Notes under the pieces: model-generated
What the model saw: the letters and a program-made list of their open reading frames with translations, nothing else
The model's database searches: none
Told to the model about the DNA's origin: nothing
In this document: positions 44,905-53,481 of the stretch, one piece after another
Layout of the letters: each line of letters starts with the position of its first letter
How positions within the stretch are numbered: the stretch's first letter is position 1
Program-made: the position numbers and the translations under genes
IMG/VR virus record: IMGVR_UViG_3300028840_002431
Coordinates: 248,001 to 312,000 of that record
DNA: 64,000 bases
Reading direction: 5' to 3' (one strand)

Positions 44905-45698
44905 GTCGTGTCCCGCCGTTCGGCAGACAGGCTACTGTCCGCTGTGTAACAGTAGGCGCATTTATAAAGACACGCTTCATTAATCGTGAAGGGGTCAGCC
45001 ATTAGAACGCACCCGCAGTCTTCCAGGGAGACCGGTGCGCCTGGGAAATCCGACTCCGGTACACAATGACCCGTCTCGAACGGAACGCCCGGCTTCACGA
45101 GGCTCTGGTCGTCGGAACACAGAATCACCCGCACGTCCCGCTCCGCAGCCTTATCTGCCAGCATGTTCAGTATATCGGATTTCTCCGGGCCGGTCCTGGT
45201 TTCCGGCATCCGATCGTTTTCCTGGAGAAAGGACACGTACACGCGATCCAGACCGCCGCTCAGGGCGGCATACATCAGAATCTCAGAGAAGCGACGTAGC
45301 AACTCCTCGTTCGGCAAGAGAGGGACCGGGCTGAATCGCCAGTAGACCTTTTTGAACGCCTTGGCCGCGTCCGCCAAAAGGAGGGCCGATTCCCGAAGAC
45401 CGGGAGCGCCTTCTTCCGCTTCTTCCCACCCCGTGGCCGTCATGTGGACGCTCACATCATACTCCTCGAAAATATGCTTGGTTCTAACAAGCATCCGGGG
45501 ATTTTTCGTCCAGAAGACGAGGCCCAGCGTGTCCTCAGGAGCCAGAGACCACGCTTGCGGGGCGATCGACTTGGGGTCAAAAGCCACCATTTGACCCGCT
45601 TTCAGACAGGCCCGGAACCAGTCCCATTTGCTGGCAACAACGTCCGTCCACCGGGACAGACTGTAAGGAATTCCGTCGGCACGGCCACTTCTAACCAT
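44901..45698 (-). CDS. DUF1848-like (radical-SAM-related) protein
   Basis: SRWTD, VFWTKNP, WRFSPV, C-terminal CLYKCAYCY; ATG lies 5 nt after CCGGTGTAATAT (45704-45715). Confidence 0.75.
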   Translation of the reverse strand: MVRSGRADGIPYSLSRWTDVVASKWDWFRACLKAGQMVAFDPKSIAPQAWSLAPEDTLGLVFWTKNPRMLVRTKHIFEEYDVSVHMTATGWEEAEEGAPGLRESALLLADAAKAFKKVYWRFSPVPLLPNEELLRRFSEILMYAALSGGLDRVYVSFLQENDRMPETRTGPEKSDILNMLADKAAERDVRVILCSDDQSLVKPGVPFETGHCVPESDFPGAPVSLEDCGCVLMADPFTINEACLYKCAYCYTADSSLSAERRDTT

Positions 45699-45735
45699 GC
45701 CTAATATTACACCGGTTTTCTAACTATTGCGAGCC

Positions 45736-47373
45736 TTATTTCCGGGTCTTGGGTTTATAACCCCTCCGGGTCGGCTCGACCTTGAAGCCGAACTTCTTAC
45801 CCACCTTGGCCAGGGCTGCAAGGGTCGCTCTCTCGGAAGTGTCAACATCGCCGCCTTCATCGAGCGGGAACTGCACGTCAACACGGGTCTCGCGCTTCCA
45901 ACCCATCTTCTCCTGTTGATAGGTCAGCGGTCCGGAGTACACGTTGTTCAAGACCTTGAGATTCACATCGTGGACGTTACCGTCGTCGGCAACCACGGGA
46001 ATCGTTGTACGATTGATGACCCTGATGGTGTCGATGTTGAAAGGAACGGGCTTGCGGCCCTCAACAAACAGAACACTCATCCGGTCAGTCGCGTAGCTGA
46101 AGCCGCCGACCTTCTCCAAGAAGCGACCGACGACCGACCCGGCTGATTTGAACTTGTCCTTGTTCTTCTCGTTTTCTTCACGCCATTTCTTGGCGTCTTC
46201 GGGACTCATGTTCTTCGTTGGGTCGGCTGGCTTACCCTCTTCAAACCGGCCGATCATCCCCTCATCCGCCGTTTCAGCGGCGGCCTTCAAACCTTTTTCT
46301 CTCATACTCTCCTCACGACGAGCTACGAAACGGTCCCAGTCATGCAGACGGTTACTAACGGTCAACGCCATCTCGGGGAAGGTGGCCCGGCCGCCGCTCT
46401 TGTTAGAGTCGAAGTGTGTCCACCGTCCGCCGTCTGACATGCGGACGAAATCCCGAAAACTCCAGGTCAGCTTCAAGGTATCGGTACCGCCGTATACCTT
46501 GTCCGTGATGGAGACCTCCTGTCTGAAATCGTAATCTGCCCAGTCGCTACGGCCTGAGCCATAGACCGGCGTCGGCTTCCCCAGCTTCACGTTGAACCCA
46601 AGATCCTCGAACTCGGGCAGACTGGCGCGTTCGAAACCCACCAAACGCCTCACAAGACGCTTAGCCGCCTCGTTGATGATATCGTTGATCTCTTCGAGTT
46701 CTCTTTGGTACTGCGGGAGGATGTGCTCGTGGAAGCCCTCCTCTTCCGAACGCCTCTGATACTCTTCGTCTCTGGAGTCAGTTACCCAGTCCACCTTCGT
46801 TCGCTGGGACACCATGCGATCGATTAGCTTGCAGTCCTTTGTCTCAACGGACTTGAACTGCGGGGCAGCGGCGTCCTTCTTGAATTTATCTTTGTTCTTC
46901 TGGTGCTCCTCACGCCACTTTTTGGCGTCCTCAGGACTCATATTCTTCGTAGGGTCAGCGGGTTTCCCTTCTTCGAAGCGAGAAACGACCTCTTCGCTCG
47001 ACGTGTCGGTCATGCCGGACTCCTTCGCGTAGCGCTCCCAACTTCTGGAGTAGACTTCTTCGTCATCGACTTCCATCTCGAACTTACGCCAAGCGTCTTC
47101 GGCCTTCTTGCCTACCATGAAAGTCTTGGTTCGCGGCCAGTACAACACGAGATCGCCGCGTTTAAACGGTGTCCCGTCGTCTGCCTTACCTGGGTATCTG
47201 GCGTGTATCCAACGGGGGTCGCCTTTGACGTAGCGAGCGCTCTTGAATTTATCCCCGTGCTCCTCGTTCATCTCCCGCCACTTGGCGGCCTGTTCGGCGC
47301 TCATGTTCTGAGTCGGGTCAGCGGGCTTACCCTTCTCGAACTTGGAGACTACGTTTTCCCTGGCATTAGGCAT
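45736..47373 (-). CDS. Repeat-punctuated multi-domain protein (candidate virion polyprotein)
   Basis: Three FE(K/E)GKPADPT(Q/K)NMS.E.A.KWRE...DKFK repeats. Confidence 0.75.
   Translation of the reverse strand: MPNARENVVSKFEKGKPADPTQNMSAEQAAKWREMNEEHGDKFKSARYVKGDPRWIHARYPGKADDGTPFKRGDLVLYWPRTKTFMVGKKAEDAWRKFEMEVDDEEVYSRSWERYAKESGMTDTSSEEVVSRFEEGKPADPTKNMSPEDAKKWREEHQKNKDKFKKDAAAPQFKSVETKDCKLIDRMVSQRTKVDWVTDSRDEEYQRRSEEEGFHEHILPQYQRELEEINDIINEAAKRLVRRLVGFERASLPEFEDLGFNVKLGKPTPVYGSGRSDWADYDFRQEVSITDKVYGGTDTLKLTWSFRDFVRMSDGGRWTHFDSNKSGGRATFPEMALTVSNRLHDWDRFVARREESMREKGLKAAAETADEGMIGRFEEGKPADPTKNMSPEDAKKWREENEKNKDKFKSAGSVVGRFLEKVGGFSYATDRMSVLFVEGRKPVPFNIDTIRVINRTTIPVVADDGNVHDVNLKVLNNVYSGPLTYQQEKMGWKRETRVDVQFPLDEGGDVDTSERATLAALAKVGKKFGFKVEPTRRGYKPKTRK
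46141..47352 (-). repeat. Three dispersed ~39-codon repeats: 47236-47352, 46870-46989, 46141-46257
   Basis: Near-identical peptides separated by unrelated domains. Confidence 0.85.
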
Positions 47374-47376
47374 CTG

Positions 47377-48066
47377 TCACCGCCACTGCGAGAAATGGGT
47401 TTCCCAGTTGATCTTGTTCTTCCGGAACCAGTCAGTGAGGTTCCCCCAAGATACGTTCTTCAAGGCAGTAGGGTCGGCCTTGAGAATCTTGTACAGCTTA
47501 CGGGCCGACGCCGGGGCCGTGGACTCGTACATCGTGTAGTGCGGGTCGGCTTGCTGGAAATCAGACTTGGGGTCGTAGACCTTGAAGCTGGTCCACCTTG
47601 CGTGAAGAGTGAAATCCTTGCCCTTGGCTTCGATCGGGTCCGTGTCCTCAGGCTCGATCTTGAGAAAGTGCTCGGTGAACTCGTCCCATCTCGGCTCTTT
47701 CTTGATCCACTCGAAGTGCTCTTTTTTATCCGGCTCCTGCTTCTCGTAGGCTATGTCGGCGGCAGTCCTCAGGGCCTCAGTGAGCTTGTCCTTCACCCGG
47801 TCGTAGTTGTCGGACCGGCTTAGCTTGGCATCGTCCAGGACGTTCTCCGGGATGAAAGAGGAGAAGCCGTGCCAACCCCTGTCCATGAAGGTGCTCGCGG
47901 TAGATACCCGAAGCTTCTTTTTACCCTTCTGGGGCATCTCTTCCAAACGCCATACGTTACGGTTCCACCGAAGGCGGCAATCGCGGCCTAGGAACTTGCC
48001 GTCCCAACTGCCATAACGACCGGTCCTGCTTTGGAATCGAGTCAAAATCTGTTGCGCGTCAATCAT
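47377..48066 (-). CDS. Hypothetical protein, N-terminal QILTRFQSRTG (candidate virion protein)
   Basis: RBS GAGG; same block as the repeat protein. Confidence 0.6.
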   Translation of the reverse strand: MIDAQQILTRFQSRTGRYGSWDGKFLGRDCRLRWNRNVWRLEEMPQKGKKKLRVSTASTFMDRGWHGFSSFIPENVLDDAKLSRSDNYDRVKDKLTEALRTAADIAYEKQEPDKKEHFEWIKKEPRWDEFTEHFLKIEPEDTDPIEAKGKDFTLHARWTSFKVYDPKSDFQQADPHYTMYESTAPASARKLYKILKADPTALKNVSWGNLTDWFRKNKINWETHFSQWR

Positions 48067-48071
48067 AAGCC

Positions 48072-48479
48072 TCACCCTAACACCACGGTCACGTCGTACT
48101 TTTCGAGGGGGTCCTCAAGAGTCCCCGCTCCCGCCGCCGTGATGGTACCGTGGATGATTTGTTCCCTGCCCCTCTCGTTGACGTAGGGGATCTCGATTCG
48201 CCACACCTTTGAGCTAGGCATCTTTGGCCGGGGTATCGTCCGCGACCACTCGTAGTCAGCCCGCTTTATTTCATACGGGATATCGTGATTCCTGAAAATC
48301 TTGAAGATCTCGTGAACGGGCTTCCAGTACGTGTCTCGGAAAATACCGTCCGGCGTGTTGCCGATCAGCTTGTAGAGGTACCGGACCGCTTTCTGCTTCC
48401 GCATGGAATCCAGCGGGTTAGCTTCTTCCAGGGCGGATTTGTAGCGAGCTACGACCCGATCAGAGGCATTCGCGTCCAT
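48072..48479 (-). CDS. Hypothetical protein, N-terminal DRVVARYKSA (candidate virion protein)
   Basis: RVVARY at 48441-48458. Confidence 0.6.
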   Translation of the reverse strand: MDANASDRVVARYKSALEEANPLDSMRKQKAVRYLYKLIGNTPDGIFRDTYWKPVHEIFKIFRNHDIPYEIKRADYEWSRTIPRPKMPSSKVWRIEIPYVNERGREQIIHGTITAAGAGTLEDPLEKYDVTVVLG

Positions 48480-48502
48480 GCCTTACAGAAAACACAAATA
48501 CT

Positions 48503-49768
48503 CTAAGCGTTTTCCGCAGCCGCTTTTCTGACTATCAGGGCAGATCCAGGATTGGCCACCGCCTCTGCGGTGATTCGGATAGCGGAAACGTCAGGGCTGT
48601 CCGGAGCGTCGAAAGAGTAAGGTTTGAGCACGTCCTCCATGATGGTCCTGAGCGCCCTGGCTCCGGTCTCACGCTTCTGGGCCAATTTGGCGATATCCCT
48701 AAGCGCTTCTTCTTCGAATTGAAGGTCGATGCCGTCAAGGGAGAACATGGCCCTGAATTGCTTGCAGATGGCGTTCTTCGGCTCAATGAGAATGCGAATC
48801 AACTCGTCTTCTGTCAGTTCGTAGGTCGATGTTAGAATCGGGAACCGGCCGACGGTCTCCGGTATCAGACCGAACTCCAGGACATCCTCAACTGTGATGT
48901 TCTTGTAGATATCGGTCTTGTCCCGTTCTTGGGCGTGTTCCCTTCCGAACCCGATGCCCGTCGAAGCGTTGAGACGATTATCAACAAGCTCCTCGATTCC
49001 GGCGAACGACCCGGCCGCTATGAAAAGGATGTTGGTCGTGTCGATGACATCGACAGGGGAAACCCCGGAAACCGCTCTCGTCCCGTGCCCCCGTGGGACC
49101 GGAACCTGATGGCCTTCCACGAGCTTGAGCAACGCCTGTTGCACACCCTCACCGGTTACGTCTCGATACCCGGAGGGACTACGGCCCGATTTGCGGGCGA
49201 GCTTGTCGAACTCGTCCAGAAAGATGATACCCCACTCGCACCGCTCGATGTTCTGTTGGGCGTCCGCAAACAAGCCTTGAAGGATGGATTCGGGGTCGTC
49301 TCCGACGTACCCAGCTTGGGTCAGTCTGTTACAATCGGCCACGTAGAAGGGGACATCTAACGCTCTTGCGATCGCTCTGGCGATCAGGGTCTTACCAGAT
49401 CCGGACGGGCCGGGGAGTAATATGTTAGATTTCTCGATCTCGACCCTTTCACCTTCTAACACTACCCCGCCATTCTTACTCACTTCCCGACGGCGGAAAT
49501 GCTTGTAGATGGCTATGGCCATATCCCGCTTGGCGGCCTCCTGTCCGATGACAATCTCGTCCAGTAAAGCCATGATTTCACGAGGCTTTTTCAGCGGTAC
49601 GTTGGAAGTGGACTCGGCCTTTCGCTCGACTTCCGCGATAGCCCTGGACGCCTCCTCGATGCAACCCTCGCAGATGTGCGGGCCGTCCGTAGCGCCCACG
49701 AGATGGTTGACCTCGTTTCGGGGACGGTCACAAAAATCACACTTCTTCTTAGGGTCCTTATCGGCCAT
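48503..49768 (-). CDS. clpX: ATP-dependent Clp protease ATP-binding subunit ClpX
   Basis: C4 zinc domain, IGQEAAK, KSNILLPGPSGSGKT, GYVG, FLDEFDK, RDVTGEGVQQALLK, IGF loop; promoter motif at 49778-49789. Confidence 0.95.
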   Translation of the reverse strand: MADKDPKKKCDFCDRPRNEVNHLVGATDGPHICEGCIEEASRAIAEVERKAESTSNVPLKKPREIMALLDEIVIGQEAAKRDMAIAIYKHFRRREVSKNGGVVLEGERVEIEKSNILLPGPSGSGKTLIARAIARALDVPFYVADCNRLTQAGYVGDDPESILQGLFADAQQNIERCEWGIIFLDEFDKLARKSGRSPSGYRDVTGEGVQQALLKLVEGHQVPVPRGHGTRAVSGVSPVDVIDTTNILFIAAGSFAGIEELVDNRLNASTGIGFGREHAQERDKTDIYKNITVEDVLEFGLIPETVGRFPILTSTYELTEDELIRILIEPKNAICKQFRAMFSLDGIDLQFEEEALRDIAKLAQKRETGARALRTIMEDVLKPYSFDAPDSPDVSAIRITAEAVANPGSALIVRKAAAENA

Positions 49769-49792
49769 GACCCTAATATATTACACCGGAAA

Positions 49793-50362
49793 CTAGGGTG
49801 TCAACCACAAACCCAAAGACTGCAAAAGAGCTTTAGCAGCCTTGTATAGCTTCTCGACCAAACTTACGAGCGGTCCCACATCGTTGGCTCTCTCCGCCAT
49901 TTTTATAAAAGAACTGGAACCTACAAAACTTAGCTGTTCGACGACTTTTTCATCAAGCCCTACCCGACCCGTTCCGATTCTCTTTTGCATGACGGCGGTG
50001 TCTCTGTCGTTCAGATCGGTTTTGAACTCGTTGATTGCCTTCTTCCACTCTCCTTCACGTACGTTATCGTCGAAATCCCCAAACGTCACATCACGCAAGG
50101 TAAACCGGTCCCCAAACTGTCCCCGTTTCGCCTTGGCGATTCTGTCCCACTTGTTCCTGATCTGTCGATCGGCGGACAACCAAATCAAATAGCCCCAACT
50201 GTTGTACGGTAGCAGGTGGGTGTCGATAAAAGTCGATGGGATGTGTAAGGATTCCAGATACCCCGGCCCCCAATAGCGATCGGGAGGAGGTCCCCGCCAT
50301 TCTTCAACCCGCGCTTCTCTATGAAACCCCTCAACATAACGTTTGACGACGTTGTGTTTCAT
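49793..50362 (-). CDS. Hypothetical protein, N-terminal NVVKRY..REA (candidate virion protein)
   Basis: RBS GGAG before MKHNVV; ATGA overlap with the nitrilase stop. Confidence 0.55.
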   Translation of the reverse strand: MKHNVVKRYVEGFHREARVEEWRGPPPDRYWGPGYLESLHIPSTFIDTHLLPYNSWGYLIWLSADRQIRNKWDRIAKAKRGQFGDRFTLRDVTFGDFDDNVREGEWKKAINEFKTDLNDRDTAVMQKRIGTGRVGLDEKVVEQLSFVGSSSFIKMAERANDVGPLVSLVEKLYKAAKALLQSLGLWLTP

Positions 50363-51144
50363 GACACTACTCCATAGACGATACAATCTTGGCCCCAGAC
50401 GAGGCCCTCGCACTGCACTCGGCCGTCCGGATAAATGATACAAACCCCGCCGTCCCCGAAATCGTTGTTGGCCTCCACACCGTACCTGTTGGACACAACG
50501 AGCACGGTGTTATTCTCTTCCGCGAACTCCATCCAGGCCGTGGCCGGAAACGAACCCTTACCCCAATTCGTGGACAAGGCTACGATGTCGGCATCACCCC
50601 TCTCGTAGAAGGACTTCCACTCGTTGTCCTTCTTGTCCCGTACGTCCCGACACAACAACAGGCCGACCTTGTGCTCTTTGAAGAGTTCGGTTTCCCCTGG
50701 TTCTCTGATCTTGACGATGGGTGGATTGGCTCTTCCCGGCGTGCTCCACAGAAAGTCGTTTCCGAACCCGTTTATCTTACGGACAGACTCAAACCTACCG
50801 TCAGGGCACATGAGGACCTGAGTGTTATGAAGCTTGGCGGTCCCACAGTCTTTCTCGACTAGGCCCCAAACGATATATACCCCGCGTTTGTCCGCTATGG
50901 AGTAGAACACGTCCATACTGGAAAGCGGGTCAACTACGTTGGTCGGGTCAAAATCCGTGATGGTCTCTGACAGCGGCTCCGCCTCTGCGAAACTCATCAT
51001 GGAATACCCGGTCGTAGCGAGTTCCGGCAACACAATGAGTTGTGCCCCGTTCTCGGCGGCCTGATGAACCAGCGGGATCAAGGCCCCGATATTACCTCTA
51101 CGCTCTCCGAACCGTGGTCGGAATTGAACAGCGGCAACTTTCAC
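50359..51144 (-). CDS. Carbon-nitrogen hydrolase (nitrilase superfamily)
   Basis: MKVAAVQ, LIVLPEL..TGY, RK, GLLLCRD (E-K-C triad). Confidence 0.88.
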   Translation of the reverse strand: MKVAAVQFRPRFGERRGNIGALIPLVHQAAENGAQLIVLPELATTGYSMMSFAEAEPLSETITDFDPTNVVDPLSSMDVFYSIADKRGVYIVWGLVEKDCGTAKLHNTQVLMCPDGRFESVRKINGFGNDFLWSTPGRANPPIVKIREPGETELFKEHKVGLLLCRDVRDKKDNEWKSFYERGDADIVALSTNWGKGSFPATAWMEFAEENNTVLVVSNRYGVEANNDFGDGGVCIIYPDGRVQCEGLVWGQDCIVYGVVS

Positions 51145-51154
51145 ACCCGGCCTC

Positions 51155-51937
51155 CTATTGGGCCTTTTTCATAGGTGGAAGTTCATCGTGGGTCTTATAC
51201 TGGTAGATCCACCGCTTTAACTGGGTCCCGGAGAAGGTGTGGCCCATCCCCATTCGAGCGGGAGAGCACATGGCGGCTGTGGGGTAACGGCCTTTCTTGC
51301 CGCCATTGATGTTAACCCTGAAACCCTCAACATCTGGGACAACGTACGAGCGTCCCAACCGTTTAATAATGGGGAACACGTCCTCTATATCGGCTCGGAA
51401 CCGTACGAAATTCGTCACACCGATCGCCGGGGTATCTAACACCTGTATTTTACGGAACAGGATCTTCAACGCATCAGCCGCCTCAGTTACGACGTACGCC
51501 ACGTCTTTGTAGTTTTCACCTCTCAGACGTTCGACGGCGAAATAGGTGCCCATCGAAACCCTGGCTCTGGGCGCTAATGTTATACGCGACGATCTCTTCG
51601 GTTTTTGGTAAATAGGATCGGACGGAGAGACCTCTTCGGGCATCAGTGCGTTCCGGGGCAGCGGAAGTTCAGACAACGGCAACTCCTTTGGAGGAGGGAA
51701 CTCAGGTACCGGGGTGGCGGGTATCTTTACTGGCGGTACATCGGTCAAAGGCGGCGGGTTGATAGCGTCTTTTCTAAACGTCTTTCTCAGCCGCCAGATT
51801 GTTTTTCTACTAACGCCAAACGATTTGGCGAGCTTGGTGTCGGAAGGCTCGTCCGGGAGTCTGGATAAAATCGCCTGTCGAACTTCGTCCGCTATTTTTG
51901 AAGTCACTATGAGATCCTGTTTCCCACCTACAAACAA
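51155..51937 (-). CDS. HTH-containing protein
   Basis: SDTKLAKSFGVSRKTIWRLR followed by a Pro-rich linker. Confidence 0.6.
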   Translation of the reverse strand: MFVGGKQDLIVTSKIADEVRQAILSRLPDEPSDTKLAKSFGVSRKTIWRLRKTFRKDAINPPPLTDVPPVKIPATPVPEFPPPKELPLSELPLPRNALMPEEVSPSDPIYQKPKRSSRITLAPRARVSMGTYFAVERLRGENYKDVAYVVTEAADALKILFRKIQVLDTPAIGVTNFVRFRADIEDVFPIIKRLGRSYVVPDVEGFRVNINGGKKGRYPTAAMCSPARMGMGHTFSGTQLKRWIYQYKTHDELPPMKKAQ

Positions 51938-51973
51938 TAATAGACTATGGGAACGGATCTTAGTCCCGGCCCA

Positions 51974-52237
51974 CTACTCGTGCAATGAATTCTTCGGGGG
52001 ATGGGGCAACGCTATCCACGACTCTCCGTCTTCTTCCGTTATTACGTGGGCATCTTCTCCGTCGAGTTTATTTACCTCGTCAACTCGAACACCGTCGGCC
52101 TTCAAGACCTCTACGAACCCATCAATGTCGTCCGTCAGCACATTGAAGACGTTCATCCCCGGTTCGATAAAGATAACGGAAGGCTCTTCGTATTGAACCG
52201 AGACGGTCGAGAAGGCTTTAACAGAATAGTAATTCAC
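51974..52237 (-). CDS. Small hypothetical protein
   Basis: GTGA overlap with the upstream stop. Confidence 0.45.
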   Translation of the reverse strand: MNYYSVKAFSTVSVQYEEPSVIFIEPGMNVFNVLTDDIDGFVEVLKADGVRVDEVNKLDGEDAHVITEEDGESWIALPHPPKNSLHE

Positions 52238-53481
52238 GATACAACCTCTACCGACAAACCAGACTCTGGAACGTCTTTCAGTTGGTACACCGAAAACGTT
52301 CCTGGTTTGACGTAGAGTGTGTACGAGAATACGGCGGCCACTTCCCAACGCTCCAAGAACTCACGCGAGTCGCATTTGTATGAGTCCGGGTCCACACAAA
52401 GGTACGCCACCGGAGCCGACCAATCATGGAGCAGTATAGTTCTAACACCCGGTACCGGTAAGACTTTTTTGTCGGACGCCGCCTCCCGAAACGCCATGGC
52501 CACGTTGGGGTCAGCTATCCAAAACCCCGATGGCAGCGAATCTAACACTGACGCTTCGACGATATCGTCACGCAAATGGTCCCAGAGATCGTTCTGAGTG
52601 TTGGCCAGATGTGTGGCGATCTCCGTGGCCCACTTCGAGGCGATTTGACGTTTGAGGAGAGTGTAAGGATCGTGACGAAGATTGGAAGCAAGCGGGTCCA
52701 CGACTGGAGTTATCACACTAGCGCGGGCCTCAAAGCGATAGGCATCGCACTTGCCTTCTTGGTGTTCCTCCGTGCTGTCGCAACCACAGGCTTTGATCCC
52801 GCTACCTTCTACACACTCGACGGGGACCTCTGAAAGCTCGCAGAAATGGAGTAGGTCCAGGAACTCCCTGGCTATCCCGGACGGAGGGGGCAAGAGGTTG
52901 GGAAGGTCTTCTCGAAGGAGATCCACGATACGTTTCCGGCCGCCTCTGGTAGCCCTGAGGAGCCGGTTATCCCCCTCCTGAGCCAGGAACTCGGTCTGCG
53001 TCACCCGCTTGGCCAAGGTCTCCAAAACACGTTGGTCGCGGCCCCTACTGAACTCGTACTGAACAATCATTCCTTCCAGGTCGGGCCGTAAACGAGGCAG
53101 CGGTTTGACGGCCATCTTCCCGGTCTCACGCCTCACCGGTTCCGGGACGTAGATGTCCTTCTCGGAAACCGTGAAAAGCGCTCGTCCCGTTTCACGTGAA
53201 ACGATGAGCGTCTTGCCTTCTTTACCAAACTGGAAGAACTCATCAGCGAGGTAAAGGCACGTTTCCCAGAGGTTCTCCGCGTCCAACACATACTCGGGTA
53301 GCCGAACATACAAGGCGTCGGCCAACTTATCCGGAGGCCAGTTCTCAGCTTTGGCCGTCTTGAACACTTCTTGAAGATCCGGCCGCACTCGAATCGCTGT
53401 CCTGGCTGCCAGAAGAGAATCAGCGACGGGCTTTGCCAAGGTGTTGACCTTGGCTTCAACTGTGGCGAGTTTATCTGACAT
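52234..53481 (-). CDS. Hypothetical protein
   Basis: 415-aa ORF; TGATG coupling. Confidence 0.65.
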   Translation of the reverse strand: MSDKLATVEAKVNTLAKPVADSLLAARTAIRVRPDLQEVFKTAKAENWPPDKLADALYVRLPEYVLDAENLWETCLYLADEFFQFGKEGKTLIVSRETGRALFTVSEKDIYVPEPVRRETGKMAVKPLPRLRPDLEGMIVQYEFSRGRDQRVLETLAKRVTQTEFLAQEGDNRLLRATRGGRKRIVDLLREDLPNLLPPPSGIAREFLDLLHFCELSEVPVECVEGSGIKACGCDSTEEHQEGKCDAYRFEARASVITPVVDPLASNLRHDPYTLLKRQIASKWATEIATHLANTQNDLWDHLRDDIVEASVLDSLPSGFWIADPNVAMAFREAASDKKVLPVPGVRTILLHDWSAPVAYLCVDPDSYKCDSREFLERWEVAAVFSYTLYVKPGTFSVYQLKDVPESGLSVEVVS

